Notes under the pieces: model-generated
What the model was told of the DNA's origin: nothing
Seen by the model: only the letters and a program-made list of their open reading frames with translations
Databases searched by the model: none
NCBI GenBank assembly: GCA_965205975.1
Contig: OZ242195.1
Location: forward strand, 2,176,001-2,240,000
From: Candidatus Latescibacterota bacterium
GTDB taxonomy: Bacteria > Latescibacterota > UBA2968
DNA length: 64,000 bases
Reading direction: 5' to 3'
Position numbers and translations under genes: made by a program
Shown: one piece after another, positions 10,057 through 20,139 of the stretch
Layout of the letters: each line of letters starts with the position of its first letter
How positions within the stretch are numbered: the first letter of the stretch is position 1

Positions 10057-11459
10057 GAATTTGACTGCCAGCCGCCATCGTTTACAATTCCATCGTTGGT
10101 ATCTCTCAGCCATTTGACCATGCGATCCTTCATGCGCCTGAGCACATGTTTGTACCCCAGCTTGGGGGCTAAATTGTGCAACTCTCCGGGATCACTCTCC
10201 AGATCGTAGAGTTCATCTTCACTACACGGATTGTAGATATACTTCCACTTTTGGGTCTGCACCATCCGAATCGTACACAGCGCAGGCTCATACCCGTGAT
10301 GCTCTGCAAAAATATCCTCCCGCCAATCCGGCGGCGTTTCCCCGCGTAGTAAAGGCAGCAAAGAACGCCCATCGACCTTATCGGGAATATCCACACCCGC
10401 CAGTTCGAGAAACGTCGGCATCATATCGATCAAACTCACAAAATCATCGCAAACACGATTGGGTTCAACAACACCCGGCCAACGGATCGCCAATGGAATC
10501 TGGTGCGTCTCATTGTACATATTCATCATCTTATTAAACAAGCGGTGACTGCCCAACATATCGCCGTGATCCGAACTGTACAAAATCACCGTATTGTCCA
10601 GTTGACCCGCTTCCTCTAAAGCATCCAAAACGCGCTGCACCTGATCATCGATAAACGTGCAATATCCCCAATACGTCGCAATTACCTTCTGCCAATCGGG
10701 CCAGGTCAAATGGCTGGCATTCCACCTGAGCATCTCCTTTTGCTGAACACTCGGTTTATCGACAAACTGCTCGTCGAAATTGATCCAGCGCGCCACAGTA
10801 TCGGGATCGTACATCGTATCATAAGGTTCCGGCACACAATAGGGAAAATGCGGACCAAAAAAACTGCTACAAATCACAAAGGGTTTATCGGCCTCACAAA
10901 ATCCTTCAATCAGATCAATCGTCCTATCCGCAGTCCAGTGCTCCTGCATATACTCGGCGGGCAACTGCGACCGACCGCAAAAAGGCGCGTCTCCCCCCCA
11001 TTCCATGCGCTGCACCTCCTGTGCATATCCCCAATCAAAACCCGCATCGCGCACACTCTGGTTCCAATCACGCGCCGTATGCCACGGATCAAACCCCCAA
11101 AACTCGCTATCGCCCTCCCTGGGCAAATGCCACTTCCCCACGTAACCGACATTATAACCCGCGTCAGATAAAATCTGAGGATAGGCGGGCTTATCCAGAA
11201 TATTCAAATCAAAAGCCCGATTAAAATTGCCCATATTCGACATCTGCCCGTGATTATGCGGAAACATCCCCGTAAGCAGCGATCCCCGCGCGGGAGAGCA
11301 AAGAGCGATGGGCGTATAAGCCCGGCAAAAACGCATACCCTCTCTGGCAATGCGATCAATCGCCGGCGTCTTGCACACCGCATTCCCATTAAACCCCAGC
11401 GAATCATAGCGCTGCATATCGGTGAGCAAAAAAAGGATATTGGGTCTCTCCGTATTCAT
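10023..11459 (-). CDS. Sulfatase (formylglycine-dependent)
   Basis: RPNILFLLTD, CSPARGSLLTG (CxPxR), GKWH, SDHG, ELYDLESDPGE. ATG 11459 has an AGGAGG RBS. Confidence 0.95.
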   Translation of the reverse strand: MNTERPNILFLLTDMQRYDSLGFNGNAVCKTPAIDRIAREGMRFCRAYTPIALCSPARGSLLTGMFPHNHGQMSNMGNFNRAFDLNILDKPAYPQILSDAGYNVGYVGKWHLPREGDSEFWGFDPWHTARDWNQSVRDAGFDWGYAQEVQRMEWGGDAPFCGRSQLPAEYMQEHWTADRTIDLIEGFCEADKPFVICSSFFGPHFPYCVPEPYDTMYDPDTVARWINFDEQFVDKPSVQQKEMLRWNASHLTWPDWQKVIATYWGYCTFIDDQVQRVLDALEEAGQLDNTVILYSSDHGDMLGSHRLFNKMMNMYNETHQIPLAIRWPGVVEPNRVCDDFVSLIDMMPTFLELAGVDIPDKVDGRSLLPLLRGETPPDWREDIFAEHHGYEPALCTIRMVQTQKWKYIYNPCSEDELYDLESDPGELHNLAPKLGYKHVLRRMKDRMVKWLRDTNDGIVNDGGWQSNSYDLFVSGRER

Positions 11460-11460
11460 A

Positions 11461-12714
11461 TCAACCTCCTGTATGTCTATCCCTCCGAAAACAAATCCAA
11501 AACAGCAACGCCCCCATCCCCGTGAACACTGCCCCGGTGAGAAAAAGACTCGAATATCCCGCAACCGGGATCATATACCCACCGCCCAGAGCCATTGCCG
11601 AATAGCCTACTCCCGACATCATAGCAGTCGCACCCGACATCGCTGTACGCCAGCGCACGGGCACCAATTCCTGGTGAAAAATGGCAAAAGCTGAGCGCCG
11701 TATCGAAGCCATCGCCATAATCCCCATCAGGCAAATCCCCGCAATAATCCAATTTGAGACCAGCGCCATAAAAAAAAGAAAAATAGCCGTAATAACCGTT
11801 ACCAGAATTACCGTGCGACGGATGCCAAAACGCGCAGAAAAAAATGGTAGAGACAGCGCAGCCGGAACAGCAAGCAACTGTCCCGCGGCCAGTTGCACAC
11901 TAATAAGAGAAAGACTGATATTGAGTCCCTCATCCATATAAACATTAAAAAATGTTCGCGCAGCCGCTTCGCCGGCAACGTGGAGAACAGAAATCAGCGC
12001 GGTAATAACAATAGCCGCAAGTGGAAGCGCAGGCGCATTGGAAACATCGCTATTATCTCCCTCTTCCCGCTTGCGTTCAACCTGAACATCCTGCGTGGCG
12101 AGCAACGCGAAAACCGACGGAATCAGACAGAGCACCCCAATAAACAGCGTATAGCGATAAACAACCGGCTGCGCGAGTGAAACATCGAGCACATCTGCCA
12201 AATAATCCGGAACAACGCCCCCTAACATACTCCCGACAAAACCCGAAAATGGCATCAATGCGGCCTGCACGGCAAAAACCGGATCGCGCTCAACCGGACC
12301 GGTAATACCCATCAGATAAGGCGTGCCATTCACAATAAACAGCGCAATACCTATCACACCGAGCGAATAAGATATTAAAATAAAATAATCGCGCGGGCTG
12401 CCGGAAGAAATCAACTCCGCCTGTGAAAGCAATCCAAAACCCACCACAGACACACAAATCCCAACAACCATCGTAAACCGACTGCCCCAGCGTCCCCCCA
12501 GCATCCCGCTGGGCAAACTGGACAGGGCAAAACAAAGTGCTCCCGTCGCATTGGCCAACCCCACAAACTCGGTATTATACCCCAGGCGCAACAAATAGAG
12601 ATTGTACAAAAGGGGATAAATACCACCAAAAAGGACAAAACCAAACAGCGCATTAGCCATTAAATAGAGGCGCACATCGCGGGAAAAATGCACATTTGAA
12701 AAGAGAATAGGCAT
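11461..12714 (-). CDS. MFS transporter
   Basis: About 12 hydrophobic segments; motif-A-like GMLGGRWGSR and SARFGIRR. Confidence 0.85.
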   Translation of the reverse strand: MPILFSNVHFSRDVRLYLMANALFGFVLFGGIYPLLYNLYLLRLGYNTEFVGLANATGALCFALSSLPSGMLGGRWGSRFTMVVGICVSVVGFGLLSQAELISSGSPRDYFILISYSLGVIGIALFIVNGTPYLMGITGPVERDPVFAVQAALMPFSGFVGSMLGGVVPDYLADVLDVSLAQPVVYRYTLFIGVLCLIPSVFALLATQDVQVERKREEGDNSDVSNAPALPLAAIVITALISVLHVAGEAAARTFFNVYMDEGLNISLSLISVQLAAGQLLAVPAALSLPFFSARFGIRRTVILVTVITAIFLFFMALVSNWIIAGICLMGIMAMASIRRSAFAIFHQELVPVRWRTAMSGATAMMSGVGYSAMALGGGYMIPVAGYSSLFLTGAVFTGMGALLFWICFRRDRHTGG

Positions 12715-12715
12715 C

Positions 12716-12783
12716 TGGATCAGGATGTTCAGAGCTTGCACTGGAGTGGTTCTATCCAGTGATAGAAGGATGTTCAGGATGAC
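12716..12783. repeat. Intergenic repeat/palindrome element
   Basis: Direct repeat aggatgttcag at 12722-12732 and 12767-12777 around the hairpin cactgga-N9-tccagtg. Confidence 0.55.
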
Positions 12784-12786
12784 CGG

Positions 12787-14004
12787 CTACTGATTGCCAC
12801 CCAAACCGAGCTTTTGCCATGCCGCGGGCAGATTGCCTTGCAGGAGTTCGCTCTTCAGGCGGATATGTGCCGTATCTCGATCTGCTGTATGTGCGGCCCA
12901 AAAAGTGCTATCTCGCGTGGTTGCCTCTGGCAGAATCACAATTTCCGGCCCTTCAAAAATTGTGGGAGGCAAATCCGTATTGAGATCATAGCGCAAGCAA
13001 CGCGTTGTCGCTTGCGCGGTATAATCGCGTGTTTTAATCGTGCAAATTTGACGCTCGGGCAACCAGTACTCGTTGAGATACCGCGTATTTTGCTGATAAA
13101 CCTGCCAGTGATCTATGCCGCGCAATTGCAAGAGCGCGGGAAAATTGAGACGCAGATCATAGCCCACAAGCGAAAAGTCATCGCGGGCGATCCATATATC
13201 GCCGAGCAGCCCCGGCTCATTCCCGTGCCGCGGTGACACACCAATACGCGAAACGTGAAGATCGCCCACCTGCACCGTAGAAATGCGTTCATAGTGGTAG
13301 TGTTCAAGCGCGTCGGACGACAGGGGATGCGGCGCGATTTCAAAGGATTTATCATCTACAATACCCCGTGCAGGGCTTTGCGTAAGCCCCGGAGAAACAC
13401 TCAACCGCCACCTACCCCAATTGCGTATGCCCGTAATATGCTGCGCGAGGCTATCGGGGGATTGATAGTAGCCTTTGATCGTGTATTCAATACCCGCAAC
13501 GACTTCTTCTGTTCTGCGATTGATCACCTTCTGGCTGCTATACGCATCAAAGGCGTAAGTATGCATATTCACATGAGATGTGTGGAGATATTCGAAGCGC
13601 GTGCTCGCAATCAGGCGGCGGATTAGCTCGGGTGCGGAGAGGTCCTGTACTCTGGTTTCCTCCCGCAGGAGTATAGGGATGGGTAAAAGTGAAAGTTTTA
13701 GTGTGGAGATCAGACCGAGCGAAAGCACGAGGGTTGTGTCCGACGGGGTATAACCGTGGTGGCGTGCCTGAATGCGGATACCCCCCGGCGCGAGTCCTTC
13801 TATCTCAATACGCCCGTGCAGGTCGGTAATATAAACGCGGGGCAATTCGCTCGCTCGGCGGATAACAACGGTGGCATAAGGCAGGCTCGCACCGGTATCG
13901 GCATCGCGGCACTGCACGTCGAGAATAGATGTCGAGTCAGTCTGGGCAGATGAGATTGAAGGCCAGAGGAAAGCAGAAAAAAAAAGAGGCAAAAAGCGGA
14001 TCAT
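12787..14004 (-). CDS. Secreted protein with carboxypeptidase-regulatory-like N-domain and DUF5686-like C-domain
   Basis: Signal peptide; DADTGASLPYATV...TDLHG; RDSTFW motif. ATG 14004 overlaps the upstream stop. Confidence 0.7.
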   Translation of the reverse strand: MIRFLPLFFSAFLWPSISSAQTDSTSILDVQCRDADTGASLPYATVVIRRASELPRVYITDLHGRIEIEGLAPGGIRIQARHHGYTPSDTTLVLSLGLISTLKLSLLPIPILLREETRVQDLSAPELIRRLIASTRFEYLHTSHVNMHTYAFDAYSSQKVINRRTEEVVAGIEYTIKGYYQSPDSLAQHITGIRNWGRWRLSVSPGLTQSPARGIVDDKSFEIAPHPLSSDALEHYHYERISTVQVGDLHVSRIGVSPRHGNEPGLLGDIWIARDDFSLVGYDLRLNFPALLQLRGIDHWQVYQQNTRYLNEYWLPERQICTIKTRDYTAQATTRCLRYDLNTDLPPTIFEGPEIVILPEATTRDSTFWAAHTADRDTAHIRLKSELLQGNLPAAWQKLGLGGNQ

Positions 14005-15092
14005 TGTTTTTTGCCGCGCGCGAGAATATCCCACACGACTTCTACGCGATCATTGCGCGTACCGTAGATCTGATCGTGCAAAAATACGGTCATGTCGGAA
14101 TACCCGGAAATAAATTGAATTTTATCGCCAATCTTTAGCTCACTATGCGTCAGACTGAGCAAAGCGTGTTCTGCTGCCAGGCCCGTTACGACAACATCTG
14201 TTCGGTCTTTGACCTCGGGCAATGAAGGATGGCTGCTCGTTGTCTTGCGTCCGGCATCGGCAACCGCGCGGTCGGGAGCCGCGCGACTGATAACCGTGGT
14301 CAACACGGAAAGTGCGTGTTCCAAACCGCGAACATGGAGTCCATCGCGATAATAAGTATCCATAAAAATGCCCCCGCCAGCCTGTATCTCAGTAATGCCG
14401 GGAAAATCGGGGGTAAACGCGAGCGTGCCCGTCCCCCCCGCACTGACGATACCCACGCGCAACCCCGCATCCTCAATGAGATTGCGCGTCTTTGACAATT
14501 CTCCCACAGCCTTCCTGCATGCGGCTTCTTTGGCGGCATTATCCAGAGCCATTGCGTGCCCCTCATAACCCATAATCCCCGCAAAAACCACACCGGGCGC
14601 GGCATCAGCCTCCTGTGCCAGCGCGAGAGTTGGATCACCCGGCGGCACGCCACAGCGTTTCATGCCGACATCTACCTCAACAAGCACGCGCACGTTGACG
14701 CCAACATCTGTAGCCGCGTCACTTATTGCGCGGATATGAACGGGATCGTCAACCGCCACCATAACATCTGCGCGGCGGCACAGGTTGACCAGACGCGCGA
14801 CTTTTTCTCGTCCAACAACTTGATTGGCGACGAGTATATCCGAAATGCCGGCGTCTGCCAGCACTTCGGCTTCACCGAGTTTGGCACAGGTGATGCCAAT
14901 AGCACCTGCGCGCAGTTGTTTGTGGGCAATAGCGGGCGTTTTATGACCCTTCGCATGGGGCCGCCAGTGCAACCCGCTGTCTCGACATCGAGCCGCCATC
15001 TTCTGGATATTATTATCCATCTTATCCAGATCAATGAGCAGCGCGGGCGTATCGAGTACCTGTATGGATTGACCAATCGGAGAATAGGGCAT
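14001..15092 (-). CDS. DSD1 / D-threonine-aldolase family PLP enzyme (alanine racemase fold)
   Basis: LDTPALLIDLD, RPHAKGHK (PLP lysine), GIMGYEGH, SAGGTGT, DAGRK. Confidence 0.88.
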   Translation of the reverse strand: MPYSPIGQSIQVLDTPALLIDLDKMDNNIQKMAARCRDSGLHWRPHAKGHKTPAIAHKQLRAGAIGITCAKLGEAEVLADAGISDILVANQVVGREKVARLVNLCRRADVMVAVDDPVHIRAISDAATDVGVNVRVLVEVDVGMKRCGVPPGDPTLALAQEADAAPGVVFAGIMGYEGHAMALDNAAKEAACRKAVGELSKTRNLIEDAGLRVGIVSAGGTGTLAFTPDFPGITEIQAGGGIFMDTYYRDGLHVRGLEHALSVLTTVISRAAPDRAVADAGRKTTSSHPSLPEVKDRTDVVVTGLAAEHALLSLTHSELKIGDKIQFISGYSDMTVFLHDQIYGTRNDRVEVVWDILARGKKQ

Positions 15093-15104
15093 GATGAACC
15101 TTAC

Positions 15105-15198
15105 AAGTAAGAAGTGGGAAGTAAGAAGTGAGAAGACCTCCCAACACCGCCTCAAAGCGGCTGCCTTTTCACACTTCACATTTCACACTTCACACTTC
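15105..15198. repeat. Inverted pair of heptamer tandem arrays
   Basis: (aagtrrg)x4 at 15105-15132 faces (tcacayt)x4 at 15169-15196, with a ccgc-N6-gcgg hairpin between them. Confidence 0.75.
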
Positions 15199-16206
15199 TT
15201 AAAGATGAACATTGCTACCGCCCCACTCAGAAAGCGGAGGCAAGATACCGTCGTCAATAGTCTGGTCTCGCAATGCAGTCAGATGGGCGTAGGATTCGCG
15301 CAGGGCATTAATATCGTCTTCAGTGCCTTCGGGCATGGACCAACTCACACCCGACGCAGACAGAGCCGCAGGCATAGCCATCATAATATTGCCAAATCCC
15401 CTATCATTGAGATATGCACCACAGGGCCAATCATAGGACTCACCCAGAACGCCGCGCAGCATAAAAACACTTTGTTGTGCCGGCGATTGGAACGAAGAGC
15501 GCCCGCGCAGATCGATAATACGAGCACCACCCCCGCGTACGTGTTCTTGAACATCAGCCCATTCATCGGCACTCATGCCAACGCCATTGACAGCCTCTCC
15601 ATTGAGAACATCGGTGAGAGGTGTGCCGTCAATCTGAATACCACCGATAAACACGGCCATCTGTTCTCCGTGCCCCCCGTACGTGCGACAACCAGTGACT
15701 TTGCTTTGCAAAATGTCGAAATGTTGTGCCAGTCGGGTTTGCAAGCGCGTGCTATCGAGTGCAGCGAGAGTCGTCACGCGACCAGGTTCGAGTCCCGAAT
15801 GTACCAGCGTGGTCAGTCCCGTAATGTCGGCGGGATTAAAAATAATGATGACAAACTTACAATTTGGACAATACTGTTTGATATCGAGACCGAGCTGTTT
15901 GGCAATTTCTGCATTATCGCGCCGCAAGTCTTCGCGCGTCATGCCTTCTTTGCGCGGCGCGCCTCCCGAACTGATAACATAAGATGCGCCTTCAAGTGCT
16001 TCGGCAACATCGGTTGTCCACGTAACATCGGCATTGGGGAAACCACAGTGATAGACCTCCTCAGCCGCGCCTTCAAGCCCCGGCGCAAAAGGATCGTACA
16101 TAGCCACACGAGACGCCGTGCCCGAAGACAAGAGCGTTTGCGCAAGATTGGAACCAATGGCGCCTGCTGCGCCCATTACAGCAACTTTTTCATCTGTCAG
16201 GTACAT
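15199..16206 (-). CDS. mdh: Malate dehydrogenase (LDH/MDH family)
   Basis: GAAGAIG dinucleotide-binding motif, PRKEGMTREDL (substrate arginines), NPAD, LDSTR, GGHGE. Confidence 0.9.
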   Translation of the reverse strand: MYLTDEKVAVMGAAGAIGSNLAQTLLSSGTASRVAMYDPFAPGLEGAAEEVYHCGFPNADVTWTTDVAEALEGASYVISSGGAPRKEGMTREDLRRDNAEIAKQLGLDIKQYCPNCKFVIIIFNPADITGLTTLVHSGLEPGRVTTLAALDSTRLQTRLAQHFDILQSKVTGCRTYGGHGEQMAVFIGGIQIDGTPLTDVLNGEAVNGVGMSADEWADVQEHVRGGGARIIDLRGRSSFQSPAQQSVFMLRGVLGESYDWPCGAYLNDRGFGNIMMAMPAALSASGVSWSMPEGTEDDINALRESYAHLTALRDQTIDDGILPPLSEWGGSNVHL

Positions 16207-16236
16207 CTACACTCCTCTTTCTGGTGGTGTATGGAG

Positions 16237-16264
16237 AAAACCCCGCACTTTGGTACGGGGTTTT
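16237..16264 (-). terminator. Intrinsic terminator after the TPR gene
   Basis: aaaaccccg...cggggtttt stem. Confidence 0.6.
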
Positions 16265-16304
16265 AGGATTTAAACTATTGGTAAATCGAGACGCAATAGA
16301 CCAT

Positions 16305-17492
16305 CTACTCTGGATTTTGGTTCTGAAGCGCCTCGTACATCTGAAATGCCTCGGTTGCTTTTTTCACACATTCTGCGGCAACTTCACCTTCTGATGCTTC
16401 TGATTTGCGCGCATAAACGCGAGACAACGCCGCCCATGCTCTGGCATTACTCGCCTGCAACTCGGTCACTTTTGAAAAAGCTTCAATAGCCTTGTCATAA
16501 GCATCTATTTTATCTGCGAGCAGGCCAAGCTGGTACCACGCATCGGCGTCAGTCGGATTTGCTTCAACGCTCTTTCCAAACAGATTGAGTGCTCTATCGC
16601 CTTTGTCGAGTTGCTTATACGCGATTGCGAGGTTGAACAGCGCATCCATATTATCGGGTTGTATCTCAACCACTTTTTCGAGAATCTCAGCAGACTTTTC
16701 GTAATTTTCAGCCTGCAAATAAATGCTTGCAGCAATATTTAAAATTTTCGGATCATCGCCAGCGACAGCCAGTGCCTTTTCCGCTGATTCCGCCGCGCCT
16801 TCCTTGTCGTCCAGTCGATATTGGGCAATCGCCATTTGCTGCAAAATATTTATTTCTTCGGGATCAATCGCGTGGCCTTTTTTGAACGATTCAAGTGCTT
16901 CTTCAAATCGGCCAACATTCATAAGCGCGCCGCCCAAATTGAAAAATGACTGGGCTTTTTTGGGATTGAGTTCAATCGCTTTTTGATACATCTCAATACC
17001 CGCTTCTGAATTGCCCGAATTGAGATGCGTAATAGCCATCCCTTCATAAGCATCGGCTTCATTGGGGTTAATCGTAATGGCGAGATCGAATTGCTCCATG
17101 GCAAAATCGAACCTCTGGGCATTCATCCCCTTGACGGCCATATTGTAATACCGCGTCCAGAGTTCTTTGCGATCGCTATTGACTTTATTTTTCCACTTTC
17201 TGTCCGTTGCCAGATTATAGTGCTCATTCATCTCTTCAAAAAGCTCTTTCTGACCGTAAAGCCAACCCAAATAATACTGCACTTCGGAATCGTCGGGGCG
17301 TCCTTCTGCCGCGATCATATACTGTTCCAGTGCCTTGTCGTATTGGCGCTGGTTGATATACAATTTGCCCGAGCGTTTGGCTACAGAAGCCTGCCCTTTG
17401 GTCACTTTTGCCTCTGCGGTCTGTACGAACAATGGCGTCGCAGCAAAGGCCAGTGCAAGAGCAACAATAAATCCGCGCTTAAAAAATGTCAT
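16305..17492 (-). CDS. Secreted tetratricopeptide repeat protein
   Basis: Signal peptide ending AEA; many TPR motifs (YQKAIELNP, ALFNLA, AWYQLG). Confidence 0.9.
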   Translation of the reverse strand: MTFFKRGFIVALALAFAATPLFVQTAEAKVTKGQASVAKRSGKLYINQRQYDKALEQYMIAAEGRPDDSEVQYYLGWLYGQKELFEEMNEHYNLATDRKWKNKVNSDRKELWTRYYNMAVKGMNAQRFDFAMEQFDLAITINPNEADAYEGMAITHLNSGNSEAGIEMYQKAIELNPKKAQSFFNLGGALMNVGRFEEALESFKKGHAIDPEEINILQQMAIAQYRLDDKEGAAESAEKALAVAGDDPKILNIAASIYLQAENYEKSAEILEKVVEIQPDNMDALFNLAIAYKQLDKGDRALNLFGKSVEANPTDADAWYQLGLLADKIDAYDKAIEAFSKVTELQASNARAWAALSRVYARKSEASEGEVAAECVKKATEAFQMYEALQNQNPE

Positions 17493-17559
17493 GGGAATCT
17501 TCCTTTCTCAATGCAACCGGCGCGTTCCGGCAGCAGGTTAAATGACAACGCATACTGCC

Positions 17560-17588
17560 AATATATGCAGTGTACAAAAGCCTGTCAA
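17560..17588 (-). promoter_or_regulatory. Sigma70-type promoter for the TPR gene
   Basis: TTGACA-N17-TATATT on the minus strand. Confidence 0.6.
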
Positions 17589-17618
17589 GTCTCTGCGAAC
17601 CACACGCCGCGATTGCCC

Positions 17619-17804
17619 TTATTGCTCCGAAAGAAGCGTGCCGCCTCTCGCCCAGTGATCGCGGGGAATATCTTCAATAACGACCATCGTGCCATCGGCT
17701 TTGGCATCGCAAATATTGACCATCGCATCGGTAATAGCTCTGGCGAGTTCGCGTTTTTGCTCGTGCGAGCGGCCTTCGAGCATTTTGACATTAATGAAAG
17801 GCAT
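17619..17804 (-). CDS. 4-oxalocrotonate tautomerase family protein
   Basis: 61 aa; catalytic Pro after Met, EGRSHEQKREL, HWARGG; AAGGAGG RBS. Confidence 0.92.
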   Translation of the reverse strand: MPFINVKMLEGRSHEQKRELARAITDAMVNICDAKADGTMVVIEDIPRDHWARGGTLLSEQ

Positions 17805-17815
17805 CGTACCTCCTT

Positions 17816-19144
17816 TTAAAAAATAACCAGTTCTGGACTTTGCAACCTGGGAATCGCGGGTTTGGATGCGCCAAATGAAAAAGCAACCGGCAGGCTAAAG
17901 CCTCGGATGGTACCCAGAGTTCTATTATCTTCGAGATCGACAATAAAGACCTGCAAACCCGTTGTAACAAATTCATCGAATCTTTCAACACCGGCGACAT
18001 ACACGGTTTTACCGTCGGGTGTGAGGCCGATATTGGCCACATTTTCTCCGACAAAAATTTCGGCAGTTTGCATCCAAGTTTGTGTATCGATGACCACAAT
18101 ACCGCCCCAGAACGCAGGCACGGTATTGCCCAACGCATCAAAGCCCAAAAAGATTCGGAAGAGAGATGCGACAAGGCGCGTGCCATCTGCGGAAAGCGCA
18201 ATATCTCGGACTTCAACGCCCAGATCATCGGCCTGGCCGAGTGTGAGGCTATCGGCAATCGCTTTGGTACTGGTATGGACGTTGAGCACACGGCCCGTGC
18301 GGGTGTTGTTGAGATAAAGGTTTTGTCCATCTGGCGAGATAGCCAATCGACTGACGGTTTGGCCCACGGAGATGCTGTCAATCAAAGCTGGAATACCCGT
18401 GTCAATAACAGACACGGCAGTTGTAGCAGTACCGTGCCCAACGTAGAGGCGCGTGCCATCGGGTGAGATGACAATACCACGGGGAGTAGATGGAACTTCT
18501 ATGATGTCCAGAGATTGACCTGCCAGTACATCAAAAACTTCGACCATCGCACCGGATTCTTCGGTCACATAAGCAAACTGGTGATCCGGAGAAAGCACAA
18601 TGCGAAACCCACCTCGACTTGTGAATGCTCCGCCCGGTGCAACTGGTATTTCGAGTGAGAGTTGAAATTCGGGGGTTCCATCTTCGGCAAATGCGTGAAA
18701 GGTATCGATAGCTGCCACATAAAGCCGCTTATTGATATTGGAAACCGCAATACCCCGGGGCTGAGAGACGGCAAGCCTTCGGCTGGGGTCGAGCAAATTG
18801 GTCGAGGTATCGATAACCTGGATATTGTCACCTATAAAATCGCCAATATAGAGAAAACGGGGCGCAGGTTCTTCAGGTGGAGTCGTCGGACTTGAAGACC
18901 CACCGAAAGCATTGACAAAAAGTAGAAAATCCGAAAAGTCGATTGTGCCATTGCCATCGAGATCGAGATTTGCGTTGAAATCAGCCTGATCAGCGGACTT
19001 GCCAAAACCCTGAACAAAAGTCAGAAAGTCAGTGAAATCGACTGTACCATTGCCATCAAAATCAGCCGACTTTGTTTCCTGGGCATTGAGCAATGGGACT
19101 GCTAAAAACAGTGTGAGGGATAACGCAATCGCGGTATATTTCAT
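17816..19144 (-). CDS. Secreted EF-hand/dockerin-like + YVTN (YncE-like) beta-propeller protein
   Basis: Signal peptide; two Ca-binding loops DFDGNGTVDFTDF and DLDGNGTIDFSDF; repeated SPDG.RLYV blades. Confidence 0.85.
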   Translation of the reverse strand: MKYTAIALSLTLFLAVPLLNAQETKSADFDGNGTVDFTDFLTFVQGFGKSADQADFNANLDLDGNGTIDFSDFLLFVNAFGGSSSPTTPPEEPAPRFLYIGDFIGDNIQVIDTSTNLLDPSRRLAVSQPRGIAVSNINKRLYVAAIDTFHAFAEDGTPEFQLSLEIPVAPGGAFTSRGGFRIVLSPDHQFAYVTEESGAMVEVFDVLAGQSLDIIEVPSTPRGIVISPDGTRLYVGHGTATTAVSVIDTGIPALIDSISVGQTVSRLAISPDGQNLYLNNTRTGRVLNVHTSTKAIADSLTLGQADDLGVEVRDIALSADGTRLVASLFRIFLGFDALGNTVPAFWGGIVVIDTQTWMQTAEIFVGENVANIGLTPDGKTVYVAGVERFDEFVTTGLQVFIVDLEDNRTLGTIRGFSLPVAFSFGASKPAIPRLQSPELVIF

Positions 19145-19170
19145 AACATTTCCTTTTTTGAAGAATACGT

Positions 19171-19199
19171 ATGATACACTTGACCATTGAGACTGTCAA
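19171..19199 (-). promoter_or_regulatory. Sigma70-type promoter
   Basis: TTGACA-N17-TATCAT on the minus strand upstream of 19144. Confidence 0.6.
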
Positions 19200-19271
19200 T
19201 CTGATTTGATTACATTTTGGGACGCCTTCCATTTGCTTATAGTTCCAGATTCCAAATAAATAGGAGATATT

Positions 19272-20057
19272 GTGTTACCTGATTATCCGATGGTTTTTTG
19301 GATATTGGCTGTTATTTCTGCGATTTTTGTCGGTATAGCCAAAGCCGGGTTTGGCGGAGGCGTTGGCATTTTGGCAACGCCACTCATGGCACTCGTCATT
19401 CCCGTAGCAGAATCAGCGGCGATTTTGTTACCACTCTTAATTATCTGCGACGTATTTTCCGTCGCACACTACCGCAAGCATTTTCATCGACGCAGTGTAA
19501 AATTGCTCTTGCCCGGTGCAGCAATCGGGATCGGTATAGGAGCATTATTCTTTGGGTACTTCAGCACAAATGAGCGCGTATTGCAAATCGGTTTGGGAAT
19601 TTTGAGTTTGTTTTTTGTCGTATTCCAGGCTTTGCGCGCAGTGATTACAGGCGCACTTACAAAACGACACCCACACAGCGCAGAAGGCGTTTTCATGGGC
19701 GCAGTAGCGGGCTTTACATCGACCATCGCACATGCCGGCGGTCCCCCCACAACCATCTATTTGCTCCCCCAACAATTGCCCCGCGACCTCTTTGTGGGAA
19801 CAACCGTAATTCTTTTTGCAGCGATCAATCAAATGAAACTAATTCCCTATTTGGGATTGGATATTTTGCGGGCAGAACATCTCGTCGCAATTGCGATCCT
19901 ATCACCATTGAGTTACGCGGGCGTGAGATTGGGTATTTTTTTTAATAAGCGTTTTACAGATCACTGGTTTAATATAGTCGTCTATTCAATTCTATTTGTC
20001 GCAGGCGTACAGTTGATTTCGGGCCAAAATCTGATTCAGTTGTTAGGCATTGTGTAA
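19272..20057 (+). CDS. TauE/SafE (TSUP) family permease
   Basis: KAGFGGG and HAGGPP motifs; about 8 TM segments; AGGAG RBS. Confidence 0.88.
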   Translation: MLPDYPMVFWILAVISAIFVGIAKAGFGGGVGILATPLMALVIPVAESAAILLPLLIICDVFSVAHYRKHFHRRSVKLLLPGAAIGIGIGALFFGYFSTNERVLQIGLGILSLFFVVFQALRAVITGALTKRHPHSAEGVFMGAVAGFTSTIAHAGGPPTTIYLLPQQLPRDLFVGTTVILFAAINQMKLIPYLGLDILRAEHLVAIAILSPLSYAGVRLGIFFNKRFTDHWFNIVVYSILFVAGVQLISGQNLIQLLGIV

Positions 20058-20139
20058 ACTGTAAAATTACCCTATTTTTTAGAAATAAAGGGCTGGGGGC
20101 TGGTGTGATCCCTTCACGTCTCACCTCTGGAGGTTGACC

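Noticed and set aside
11460..11564. N-terminal extension of the sulfatase ORF
   Set aside because: Overlaps the MFS gene; a strong RBS supports ATG 11459.
15091..16266. 391-aa plus-strand ORF
   Set aside because: Antisense shadow of mdh with no recognisable motifs; its N-terminus is translated repeat DNA.
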